Shown: piece after piece, positions 19,149 to 27,143 of the stretch | Layout: every line of letters begins with the position of its first letter | Numbering within the stretch: the first letter of the stretch is position 1 | From: an uncultured Thermoplasmatales archaeon | GTDB taxonomy: Archaea > Thermoplasmatota > E2 > DHVEG-1 | Direction of reading: 5' to 3' | NCBI GenBank assembly: GCA_964628575.1 | Contig: CAZVNH010000002.1 | Coordinates: 1 to 45,002, forward strand | Length of the DNA stretch: 45,002 nt | Translations under genes and position numbers: made by a program | Notes under the pieces: model-generated | Seen by the model: the letters and a program-made list of their open reading frames with translations, nothing else | Told to the model about the DNA's origin: nothing | Databases searched by the model: none

Positions 19149-19319
19149 TCAATCTTTTTTTTCTTCAATTTTTTCGAGAAGTATAGTATTAAGTAATGAA
19201 AAACAATGAGGGCAAAAAAATGATGGTATTTCAAAAATATTTAAAATATTCTTTTGAAGTTCTACTATTTTTGAAAATCCACAAGAGCATTCTATTTTTA
19301 ACTTTATCGTTTTTAACAT
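19149..19319 (-). CDS. Small zinc-ribbon protein (56 aa, below the track cutoff)
   Basis: Hand translation gives MLKTIKLKIECSCGFSK...FFCPHCFSLL...EEKKD. It ends in an A8 run. Confidence 0.4.
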   Translation of the reverse strand: MLKTIKLKIECSCGFSKIVELQKNILNIFEIPSFFCPHCFSLLNTILLEKIEEKKD

Positions 19320-19331
19320 TTTAATCCTCTA

Positions 19332-19643
19332 TTATCTCACATCTTCTAAATTTTTAGCATCTAATTCTGATACCCCACCATTAGTCAGCCTTTTTTTATT
19401 TTCATATTTTGCTACAACCATACGATACAATTCTAATTTAACCCCTTCTAAAACTCCAATTACTTCATTTAAATTATGATATTTTAATCCAACTCTCATT
19501 ATATAATTATGAATCATTGAAATAATTATATAATTTAATTCACCCGATGATGGAAGTTGAAATTCAAATTCACCATCAATATGATTCAACAATTCTTCCC
19601 ATCGAGTTTTATCTTGTTTTTTAATATAAGGAATAATAATCAC
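19332..19643 (-). CDS. Conserved phage protein of unknown function (103 aa)
   Basis: GGAGG Shine-Dalgarno. The GELNY...EVIGVLEGVKLELYR pattern recalls a recurrent phage family whose name I cannot give. Confidence 0.6.
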   Translation of the reverse strand: MIIIPYIKKQDKTRWEELLNHIDGEFEFQLPSSGELNYIIISMIHNYIMRVGLKYHNLNEVIGVLEGVKLELYRMVVAKYENKKRLTNGGVSELDAKNLEDVR

Positions 19644-19648
19644 CTCCT

Positions 19649-20077
19649 TTATTTATTATGTTTATAATATTTTAAAGCTTTATTTTTATACTTTTCAAAC
19701 CATCCATAGCAATGATTACAATATTTACACAACAATCCTCTCACTTTTCCAGTTTTATGGTCATGGTCAACACAAAACTTAATTTTAAATTCAGATTGAT
19801 GTTTACCACAAATGGCACAACAACCCTTTTGTTTTTTAAACAAAGAATTATAATCTTTCAAAGATAAATTATATTTACTTTTTAAAAACCTGGCTCTTCT
19901 TTTAATAAAACTTGGTTTATGTCTTTTGTAATATTCTTTTCTTTGTTCCAACTTTCTTTTTCTATTCCTTTTATAATATTTTTTATGATAGATTCTTTGT
20001 TTTTCACGAATATTATTTCTATTTTCTTGATAATATTTTTTCATATATTCTCTATGATGTTTCTTTTTATCAAACAT
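19649..20077 (-). CDS. HNH homing endonuclease (endonuclease VII-type), copy 3
   Basis: FKKQKGCCAICGKHQSE..DHDHKTGKVRGLLCKYCN motif. It abuts the 3' end of the polymerase C-terminal gene. Confidence 0.85.
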   Translation of the reverse strand: MFDKKKHHREYMKKYYQENRNNIREKQRIYHKKYYKRNRKRKLEQRKEYYKRHKPSFIKRRARFLKSKYNLSLKDYNSLFKKQKGCCAICGKHQSEFKIKFCVDHDHKTGKVRGLLCKYCNHCYGWFEKYKNKALKYYKHNK

Positions 20078-20848
20078 CTAATCACCATATTTTTTAACAA
20101 TAGAAATATCTACTTTAAGAGGAACTGAAAGAATTACACTATTCTCCATTATATTTTTAATTTCTTTAGCAACCCATTTCATATATTTTTCATCCACTTC
20201 ATAAACAATTTCATCATGAACAGTTAAAACTGGTTTTATTTCAATAGTTGGATATTTTAAATACCAGGTTCTAACATTATTCATTGCAATTCTTAATATA
20301 TCTGCACAAGCACTTTGAATTAAAAAATTGAATGCTTGTCTAAATGCTTTATTTCCAGTAAAATCTAATCTTCTAATTCTACCAAATATTGTTTTAATTG
20401 GTTGATGATTTTGAACTCTAAATCTTGTTTCATTTATTTTCTTTTGAACTTTTGGGTATAATTTAAAAAATGAATAAAACCATTTTTTAACTTCATCTTC
20501 ATCTCTATTCAACCTTTCTGCAACTCCCCAAGGAGAAGAGCCATAAAGAATTGGAAAATTTACTCCATTCTTACCTATATATCTTTCTTCTTTATATTTC
20601 TCTAAATGTTTATTATATTCTGGATGAGATTTATATAATTCTGGTTCAGGTATATTTAAATTAAAACAAGCATTAGCAGTTGTTAAATGTAAATCCTTGT
20701 TCTGTTTTAATGCTGTAATCATAGCACCATCTTGACAAACAGAAGCACAAACTCTAAGTTCCTGATTATCAAAATCTGCTTTTATAAAGACTTTACCTTT
20801 TGGAGCAATAAACAAATTTCTAAAATTTGTTTTCATTTCTTCCACCAT
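20078..20848 (-). CDS. Family A DNA polymerase, C-terminal half (palm/fingers motifs A, B, C)
   Basis: Motif A is KADFDNQELR, motif B is RYIGKNGVNFPILYG and motif C is LTVHDEIVYEV. Confidence 0.85.
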   Translation of the reverse strand: MVEEMKTNFRNLFIAPKGKVFIKADFDNQELRVCASVCQDGAMITALKQNKDLHLTTANACFNLNIPEPELYKSHPEYNKHLEKYKEERYIGKNGVNFPILYGSSPWGVAERLNRDEDEVKKWFYSFFKLYPKVQKKINETRFRVQNHQPIKTIFGRIRRLDFTGNKAFRQAFNFLIQSACADILRIAMNNVRTWYLKYPTIEIKPVLTVHDEIVYEVDEKYMKWVAKEIKNIMENSVILSVPLKVDISIVKKYGD

Positions 20849-21015
20849 TTATTTGTTTTTTCTAATTGTTCTCTTTTTCTCTTATAATCAATAAGAGAAA
20901 TTTTACCATAAGCAAGTTTCCATTGCAAATCCTCAGCTTCTTTTGTTATTAAAGTCGGTCGTCTTTTTGACCCTTTACCCATCGTATAAATCTTCCAATT
21001 TTTCATTAAATTCAT
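20833..21015 (-). CDS. Small ORF between the polymerase halves (probably starts at MGKGSKRRP, 20982)
   Basis: GKGSKRRP..W..AYGK is a recurrent small phage peptide pattern. It overlaps both neighbouring ORFs. Confidence 0.45.
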   Translation of the reverse strand: MNLMKNWKIYTMGKGSKRRPTLITKEAEDLQWKLAYGKISLIDYKRKREQLEKTNKWWKK

Positions 21016-21133
21016 CTTCTATAAGAAGATTTTCTTTAATAAACCTCACAACTCGCTCAGCTTCCTGCTTATCATCAAAAACCAAAACATGTTCTCCTAT
21101 AAGTTTTACTTTATTAGCTTCAACTATTTTCAT
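20975..21133 (-). CDS. Small ORF (52 aa) between the polymerase halves
   Basis: Hand translation gives MKIVEANKVKLIGEHVLVFDDKQEAERVVRFIKENLLIEDEFNEKLEDLYDG. Confidence 0.4.
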   Translation of the reverse strand: MKIVEANKVKLIGEHVLVFDDKQEAERVVRFIKENLLIEDEFNEKLEDLYDG

Positions 21134-21135
21134 TT

Positions 21136-21306
21136 TTATTCCTCATCTATATATTTTAATAAATCTTCTTCACTAAATTCTCTTAAAGTATTGTGATTAT
21201 TCATTTTAAAAATGGAAGCTGCTTCCTTTTTATTTTTAGCAACGCATTCATCTTCAAAATCTGGAAAGTAACAATGTGATTTAATTAATAAATTATATTT
21301 TTTCAT
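21136..21306 (-). CDS. Small ORF (56 aa) between the polymerase halves
   Basis: Hand translation gives MKKYNLLIKSHCYFPDFEDECVAKNKKEAASIFKMNNHNTLREFSEEDLLKYIDEE. It starts 1 nt after the stop of the polymerase N-terminal gene. Confidence 0.4.
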   Translation of the reverse strand: MKKYNLLIKSHCYFPDFEDECVAKNKKEAASIFKMNNHNTLREFSEEDLLKYIDEE

Positions 21307-21307
21307 T

Positions 21308-22378
21308 TTAAAATTCTCCTGGTCTCGGTAAATTTTGTAAATTAGGATTCCTTGAACTTAATCTTCCTGTAACTGTTCCAGTATTTTTATAATCAGTTCT
21401 TATTCGTCCATCCAATTGCACCCAATCTTCAAATGGATTAACAGATTTTTGCATAAAATCAGTAACTTTATTATATTTCCTAAGTAAATCTATAAACTTG
21501 TGTTGTCCAGCGAGTTTCTGTAATGAACTCTTAGAAACACTTAAATCTCCTCCATCAGTAAGTTCAGTTATTTTTAATCCAAGATACTTAGTTATAATTT
21601 CAACTAATTGCTTTGGGCTATTAAAATTAAATGATATAACTTCTGAAGTATCATCAAATAAATTCTTTTGAATTCCATAAGGCAATTTAGCAGATTTAAC
21701 CATCTCTAATTCTAAATTAAAAATCAAATCTTTCAACTCTTTCTTCAATGGCTCAACTTTATCCTTATCTGCAAGTATTCCATTAACCGCCAAATCTCTT
21801 AAACTAAATTGAAAAGGCATTTCTATTGAATAAAATAATTCATCTAACTTCTGATGTTGTAATTGAGGAGCAAATACTTCATAAAGTTCCCAAGTATTAA
21901 TACTATCATTAATTGCATATTCATAAAATTTTGGATGATTCTTAGGTAAACCTTCAACATCTTTATAATCAATAACTTTCTTCTTCTTTAATACATATCT
22001 TGCTAAATATTTTAATCCAGTTGGTCGATTTTCATCTAAAAGATGTGCAGCAGTTTTTGTGCAAAATATATTCTTTGTTAAATTTTTTAGTCCACATTTC
22101 CAAAAAACCATTAAATCAAATGGTGCTGAATGAAAAACAATCTTTTTTATATTATCCCAAAATTGTAAATTTATAAATCCAATTATATCTGCATATTCTT
22201 TATTCTCAAATAAATCTATATAACAAGCATTCTCTCCATTACAAAATGATATTCCAACTAATCTTAAATCATCATATCTTAAAGATGTTGTTTCAGTATC
22301 GACAGCAAATTTATCTGATTGATTATTATCAAACCAATCTTTAGTTTCTTTAAATATTGTTATAAATTGTCTATTCAA
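21308..22378 (-). CDS. Family A DNA polymerase, N-terminal half (3'-5' exonuclease + thumb)
   Basis: ExoI is AVDTETTSL, ExoII is HSAPFDLMVF and ExoIII is YAINDSINTWELY. It ends at TGRLSSRNPNLQNLP, which lies just before motif A in intact enzymes. Confidence 0.85.
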   Translation of the reverse strand: MNRQFITIFKETKDWFDNNQSDKFAVDTETTSLRYDDLRLVGISFCNGENACYIDLFENKEYADIIGFINLQFWDNIKKIVFHSAPFDLMVFWKCGLKNLTKNIFCTKTAAHLLDENRPTGLKYLARYVLKKKKVIDYKDVEGLPKNHPKFYEYAINDSINTWELYEVFAPQLQHQKLDELFYSIEMPFQFSLRDLAVNGILADKDKVEPLKKELKDLIFNLELEMVKSAKLPYGIQKNLFDDTSEVISFNFNSPKQLVEIITKYLGLKITELTDGGDLSVSKSSLQKLAGQHKFIDLLRKYNKVTDFMQKSVNPFEDWVQLDGRIRTDYKNTGTVTGRLSSRNPNLQNLPRPGEF

Positions 22379-22412
22379 ATTTTATATCCTTTATAAAATT
22401 TAGCAACTATGT

Positions 22413-22958
22413 TCATAATTCAATATCACTTTCAACCTCATTTCCCCAAACATCCCAACCAGGAGTTTTTTGTCGAGCAAAAAGTTCTATTTTAGACTGC
22501 ATTGGAAACATTTCTGTTATTCTATTTCTAATAGTATTTGGTTTCTGACTATGTTTTCTTTTTCTTTCAGATAAAAATTGTTTAATATTTCTACTTCCTC
22601 TTGGTTGTGGAATCTTTCCCTTCTTAGCAATTAAACAAATCTCAACAGATGATAATGTATAATATCCTGGATTTGTTATTTCTTTTTCCCAAACAAAAGC
22701 AATAGTAGAATATTCAAATCCCCATTTTTCCATTAATGGAAATGCTTCATTTAGTTTTGGACCTGTAGTCCATAAAAATAACAAACAATTCTTATCTGCA
22801 ATCAACCAAATTGGTAATTTATATAAATCTTTCATAGACATATACTTATATGGAGTTTGATTTTCTCCAGATAATAAACTTTCTGGAGTTAAACATCTAC
22901 CAGCATTATATTCCCAAGGCGGGTCAGCGTATATAATTTGATATTTTTTATTATTCAT
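22413..22958 (-). CDS. MT-A70 family DNA N6-adenine methyltransferase
   Basis: IIYADPPWEYN (the DPPW catalytic motif), with typical size. Confidence 0.85.
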   Translation of the reverse strand: MNNKKYQIIYADPPWEYNAGRCLTPESLLSGENQTPYKYMSMKDLYKLPIWLIADKNCLLFLWTTGPKLNEAFPLMEKWGFEYSTIAFVWEKEITNPGYYTLSSVEICLIAKKGKIPQPRGSRNIKQFLSERKRKHSQKPNTIRNRITEMFPMQSKIELFARQKTPGWDVWGNEVESDIEL

Positions 22959-23199
22959 CTTCTAAAAATTCTTCTTTACAATATGTATCACAAAAATAAA
23001 ATCCAGTCTCTTCATCACATTCAATACAATCTTCACATCCTATCCGACCACAGTTCTCACACACTTCAAAATCTTTAAAACAACTATAACAAAAAGCATT
23101 TAAACAAAGTTCACACATACAAAAATTAAGTTCATCTTCACTTAAATAATTATCACAATGTGGATTAGAACATTCTATTTTAGGATATTTCATTTTCAT
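22951..23199 (-). CDS. Cysteine-rich zinc-binding protein (82 aa)
   Basis: Many CxxC dyads (CELC, CYSC, CENC, CEDC...). Overlaps both neighbours. Confidence 0.6.
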   Translation of the reverse strand: MKMKYPKIECSNPHCDNYLSEDELNFCMCELCLNAFCYSCFKDFEVCENCGRIGCEDCIECDEETGFYFCDTYCKEEFLEDE

Positions 23200-23389
23200 A
23201 CCGCCAGATTTCTAAACCAAGTTCCAAACCTAAAAACAAAAATGAAACTTCTCTACTTTTATATCTTCCTGCATTCTTAAAAGCCCACCATTTTATTGCA
23301 AAAGGAAGAGCTAAATATCCTGAATGAAGAAATGCTCTCCAATTAACACTTAACGTAATTTCTGGATTTTTACCAAATTGAATTTGCAT
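23180..23389 (-). CDS. Hypothetical protein (69 aa)
   Basis: ORF in an operon context. No family recognised. Confidence 0.45.
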   Translation of the reverse strand: MQIQFGKNPEITLSVNWRAFLHSGYLALPFAIKWWAFKNAGRYKSREVSFLFLGLELGLEIWRYENEIS

Positions 23390-23395
23390 AATAGT

Positions 23396-23539
23396 TTACT
23401 CCCAATTTAGTTGTTCCAAAGCATATTTGTTAAGAGCTTCTTGTGCTTCCTCTTCAGTATCAAATGGGCCATGTTTAAAAGCCCACGTTTCATCCCAAAA
23501 ATACCATTTACCGTCTTTTCCTTTATGAATCGGACTCAT
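23396..23539 (-). CDS. Small hypothetical protein (47 aa)
   Basis: Hand translation gives MSPIHKGKDGKWYFWDETWAFKHGPFDTEEEAQEALNKYALEQLNWE. TAATG coupling. Confidence 0.4.
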   Translation of the reverse strand: MSPIHKGKDGKWYFWDETWAFKHGPFDTEEEAQEALNKYALEQLNWE

Positions 23540-24198
23540 TATAAACTCCTATTAGTTTGTTTTGAATAACCAACCAATTTATGATAGTTCCTTTCAAGTT
23601 CTATTGCATCAGCAATATTATGATTAAGAATGTATTTTAAAGACTTTTTATTTCCCTGTAACCCCTTAACCCAATGATGATTATCAAGCCTTGTTTTAAT
23701 AGTTTCTCCAAACAAAGATTCAGCAATTATATTTTGACGATTACTATGTAAACACAACAGTCTTTTGGCTAAATAATATGTATCCGTATGCTTTAATTCT
23801 CCATAAACAGGAAATTTAAGATTATAAATTATAGCTCTTGTTCTTAAAAAAGGCAAATCAAATTTAGTTCCATAATGAGTTATAATTCTATCAAATTTTC
23901 TCATATCTTTAATACAATCAGATACAACTTTTTTATCCATTGTTTTACTTTTTAATTCTTGAGGCGTAATAACTCTATGATAAATTTTTTCACTATTCTC
24001 AACTTTAATAGAATAAGAATAAACAATTCCAAAATTAGCTTTAAGATTGCTTGTTTCAATATCAAGGAAACCAATCTTTTCTTTTATATGTTTCTCAGTT
24101 TTATAACAATTTGGATGAGCGATTCCATTATGGCCGTGTTTACATTTAAAATTAAGTCTTTCCAATAATTGTTTTTTTGTCATTTGATTATAGTTCAT
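23539..24198 (-). CDS. RNase H-fold DEDD 3'-5' exonuclease (YprB / PolB-exo-like)
   Basis: IGFLDIETSNL, ITHYGTKFDLPFL and HNIADAIELE supply the Asp/Glu/Asp/His/Asp set. Confidence 0.7.
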   Translation of the reverse strand: MNYNQMTKKQLLERLNFKCKHGHNGIAHPNCYKTEKHIKEKIGFLDIETSNLKANFGIVYSYSIKVENSEKIYHRVITPQELKSKTMDKKVVSDCIKDMRKFDRIITHYGTKFDLPFLRTRAIIYNLKFPVYGELKHTDTYYLAKRLLCLHSNRQNIIAESLFGETIKTRLDNHHWVKGLQGNKKSLKYILNHNIADAIELERNYHKLVGYSKQTNRSL

Positions 24199-24216
24199 AA
24201 ATTTTTCCTTTCTCTG

Positions 24217-24429
24217 TTAATCTTTCCCTTGGTCATTAGAGACCTCGCTTTCTAATATAGTTACTACTATTTCTCCTCCACATTTACACATTAACTTTGG
24301 TAATAGTAATAAGCTCGGAATCTTTTCAAAGAATCGCCGTGCATTCTCCCGCTTTATAGCTTTACATTTTGAACAGGAAAACTCAATTATCTCGTTTGGC
24401 TTAACATCATTTGCGTTAAAACTATTCAT
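24217..24429 (-). CDS. Small zinc-ribbon protein (70 aa)
   Basis: CSKC...CKCG dyads. Confidence 0.55.
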   Translation of the reverse strand: MNSFNANDVKPNEIIEFSCSKCKAIKRENARRFFEKIPSLLLLPKLMCKCGGEIVVTILESEVSNDQGKD

Positions 24430-24432
24430 TTC

Positions 24433-25161
24433 TCATTTCTCCTTTATTATCTCCTCGAAGTCGGGGCCAAGGGTTTGCAAAAGCACACAATCTACATCTT
24501 TTCTTCGACTATAAAAATCCCTCATATATCTCATCGCCTCACCCCTCTTGGTGAGCTTGGCCTCCAACTCCTCTATTCTGGCTGATTGGCGGTCGATACA
24601 CTTTTTAACTTTATGCATTTCTGCGACCGATACTCTTTCTTCATCCATAAGCCATTTCAACAAAATATCTAACGCTTCTTTCGCAGACTCTTTTACTCCA
24701 CTCTCCTCTTTCTCTGAGGGCTGCCTACCTATGCCCTTGCAGTCGGGACAAGGATATGTATGTGGTTTGCCTGTTTCTCTATTTACTGATGGAGGATTTT
24801 CAAATCTTTTATGACCACTTCCCCCGCACGTCTCGCACGGCTCATCGGCAGGAAGGGGTGGAATGGGCATAAAGTGAGTAATACCTATTAGTCTTATAGG
24901 TGCCAACCTTGCCGAAGGCAAAGTTAAATACCAACCATCATCCTTTGTCCAAAAAGCACAATAAAATTCTTTTTCCTTGCGAGCCCAAACCGCAGCATAC
25001 TCTTCTGGCAATCTCTCTGTAACAGGTATCCAGCCACTGGTAGGTAGGAGAGAAAGGGCTCGATTGGCAAATTCTCTTGCTGTCTCTAATGTCATTGGTT
25101 CGTTATAGTGGACAAACTTTGCGTTAGATATTCTTTCCAACAAAAATCTTATCTCGTTCAT
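24433..25161 (-). CDS. DUF551-like domain protein with a DnaJ-type CxxCxGxG zinc finger; high-GC outlier
   Basis: GWIPVTERLPEE matches the DUF551 signature. CETCGGSG and CPDCKGIG are the zinc-finger repeats. G+C is visibly much higher than in the flanking DNA. Confidence 0.6.
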   Translation of the reverse strand: MNEIRFLLERISNAKFVHYNEPMTLETAREFANRALSLLPTSGWIPVTERLPEEYAAVWARKEKEFYCAFWTKDDGWYLTLPSARLAPIRLIGITHFMPIPPLPADEPCETCGGSGHKRFENPPSVNRETGKPHTYPCPDCKGIGRQPSEKEESGVKESAKEALDILLKWLMDEERVSVAEMHKVKKCIDRQSARIEELEAKLTKRGEAMRYMRDFYSRRKDVDCVLLQTLGPDFEEIIKEK

Positions 25162-25271
25162 AATGTTATTTCTCCAATTATCTTCCTTTAATCATAGAAA
25201 TTAAAGTTCCAACAGCAAAACAAATACTTCCTATTAAATAAAATAAATTTGACAATAAACTATGTTTCATC

Positions 25272-25778
25272 TTAATACCTAAAAAATTTATTATACATAA
25301 TTGTAAGCTCTTTAGGACTTTCATCAAATTCTTTTTGAACGCTTCCAACAAATCCAGTAAGCAATAATTCTTTGGCTTTATTATTAATTAAATTTTCTAC
25401 ACCGTCTTTTAAAAGTCTTTCTATTTCTAAACAAGGTAAATTTAATTCCTCTTTTGCATATTTTATTTCTATATCAACTCCCTTACTTTTCTCCCATTTA
25501 TAGGCAATTAAGCCAGAACAAAAATCATTTATAATACTTTTATCTGCATTAAGAACAGATTTAACTAAAACATTCTTATCTTTAAAAAGATATTGAACAA
25601 CTAAATCATTTTCGGCTGGACAATAATATTTCACTTCTGGATAATAAATTCTTAGTTGATTAGTAAAATGAATAGCTCTCATACAATTATCCATCATATA
25701 ATTTGGAGAAGCACTTTTACCCCAAGCACCCGTTATTGGGGTTGATACATAAACTATTGGTTTAATATCATTATCCAT
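25272..25778 (-). CDS. Nucleoside 2-deoxyribosyltransferase-like (DUF4406-like) protein
   Basis: IVYVSTPITG at the N-terminus and ...YKWEKSKGVDIEIKYA near the C-terminus match the family pattern as I recall it. Confidence 0.45.
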   Translation of the reverse strand: MDNDIKPIVYVSTPITGAWGKSASPNYMMDNCMRAIHFTNQLRIYYPEVKYYCPAENDLVVQYLFKDKNVLVKSVLNADKSIINDFCSGLIAYKWEKSKGVDIEIKYAKEELNLPCLEIERLLKDGVENLINNKAKELLLTGFVGSVQKEFDESPKELTIMYNKFFRY

Positions 25779-26140
25779 TATTTTACCTTTATAATTTTAG
25801 GAATATCATCTAATTCCTTTGGTAAAATTCCTTTTTGAATTCTTAATTTAGTAGCCAAATAAACTAAGGCATTCCAAACTATTGCTCTATCATGTCTTTC
25901 ATCTGTTAAACCAAGTTTCTCCTGTTGTATATGCCGTTCAAGAGAGTTCATTAATTCACTCAATGGAATTCCCTTTTCCCAATTTCTTTCACCATGAAGC
26001 TCCCCGCCTTCTTCAAAGTGAATAGCCACATCTAAAACAGCGTCTGGTGGAATTAAAACTGGTGTTCCTTTTCCCTCTGCAAATTGTTTTTTTGCACCAG
26101 TCAAAAAACTTCTTCTTTTTCCAAATTCCTTTTTAATCAT
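25778..26140 (-). CDS. DUF5664 / dATP-dGTP diphosphohydrolase N-terminal-domain-like protein
   Basis: The pattern K..LIPPDA...VA..FE.G...HGERNWEKG....L..S..RH recalls PF18909-type proteins. Confidence 0.45.
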   Translation of the reverse strand: MIKKEFGKRRSFLTGAKKQFAEGKGTPVLIPPDAVLDVAIHFEEGGELHGERNWEKGIPLSELMNSLERHIQQEKLGLTDERHDRAIVWNALVYLATKLRIQKGILPKELDDIPKIIKVK

Positions 26141-26652
26141 TTTAGTTCTCTTAATTGATTAAAACACTTCACACAATATTTTACTTGATATAAGCAATCT
26201 TCTAAAGCATTATGAGTTTTATCTTCCTTTTCTTTATTATAATCTAAATTAGACAAATCAACTAAAGTTCGTATATCTCTTGCTGTTCTATAATGAAAAG
26301 GCAAATTTAAATTGCAAACTTTGTAAGCATTAGATACAATAGGAAAATCAAAAGTAGCATGAGACCAAACAGTTTTAATTTTTTTATCACAAAAAGCTCT
26401 AAAAAGTTCTAATGCAATAATCAAATCTACTGGAAGTTCTAACCAACTTTTATTTTTTTGAATTCTCTACCAATTTATTGTTTGTTCATCAACAGTTAAT
26501 CCATACATTAAACAACTACCAACAGAAATATTTTGTAAAAATGTTCTTCCTATCTTTCCTGTATATCTATCAAAATAACAAGCACCAAGTTGTGTAATTA
26601 CAGCAGTTGTTTTTACATCTAATGTTTCAATATCCAACATCAAATCTTTCAT
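26137..26652 (-). pseudogene. DEDDh 3'-5' exoribonuclease-like gene interrupted by one in-frame TAG (26467-26469)
   Basis: Track ORFs 26467..26652 (LMLDIETLD...) and 26137..26424 (WSHATFDFP...HNALEDC) are in the same frame. They are joined through ..TINW-TAG-RIQKNKSWLELPVDL... Confidence 0.65.
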
Positions 26653-26761
26653 CTTAATTTCTCCTAAAAGCTGGCATCAAATTCCCATCCACCCAATTTA
26701 ATTTTTTGCAATTACCTACACTTGTTCTAATATTGCAGCCAGCTAAATATAAAATATATTA

Positions 26762-27025
26762 TTAATCTTCATTCCAAAAGAAATGACCTAAAATTACACC
26801 AATTAAAACAATTGCAAAAACATTAGGTGTAAATATCCACCAAATCAAGCCAAGTATTCCACACAATAAAATTATATCACCAGCCTTAGGAAACCAAGCG
26901 TGAACTTTTTGGCTAATTGTTTTTTTGTTTTTGAAATATCTGTATAAATCATAAACTCCAACAGCAGTTAGAAATGCTAACAGCAATAAAGTTATTATAT
27001 TCATTCCTAAAAATATATTAGACAT
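26762..27025 (-). CDS. Small integral membrane protein (87 aa)
   Basis: Three hydrophobic segments. Confidence 0.6.
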   Translation of the reverse strand: MSNIFLGMNIITLLLLAFLTAVGVYDLYRYFKNKKTISQKVHAWFPKAGDIILLCGILGLIWWIFTPNVFAIVLIGVILGHFFWNED

Positions 27026-27143
27026 TTTATTTCTCCATTAAATCCACTTTTTCCAAAACAATAATACACCAAGATTTTTAAACTTAAAAAATCTTCTCAC
27101 AATTATAAAACTAATAATTCCACTAATAAAACCTAATATGAAA

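Noticed and set aside
19912-20128. Plus-strand ORFs inside the leftward module: 19912..20097, 19919..20128, 20943..21176, 23959..24168, 24548..24814, 27402..27617, 27922..28140, 34068..34334. Also the minus-strand alternate-frame ORF 35147..35380.
   Set aside because: They are shadow ORFs opposite to, or out of frame with, motif-supported genes (HNH, PolA, exonuclease, DUF551 protein, GATase, amidoligase). They have no ribosome-binding sites.
20849-21307. The gap between the polymerase halves as a group I intron or an intein.
   Set aside because: The gap is entirely filled by three compact, overlap-coupled ORFs. There is no in-frame continuity, so it is not an intein. I saw no extended GC-rich paired core like those in the structured regions of this genome. 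RT-PCR would still be needed to exclude splicing.
26467-26469. The in-frame TAG as evidence of genome-wide stop-codon reassignment (TAG read as Gln, as in some gut phages).
   Set aside because: Only one such case exists. TAG plausibly terminates 1505..1804. All large late genes are intact under the standard code. The TerL and 9779 breaks are not at TAG.
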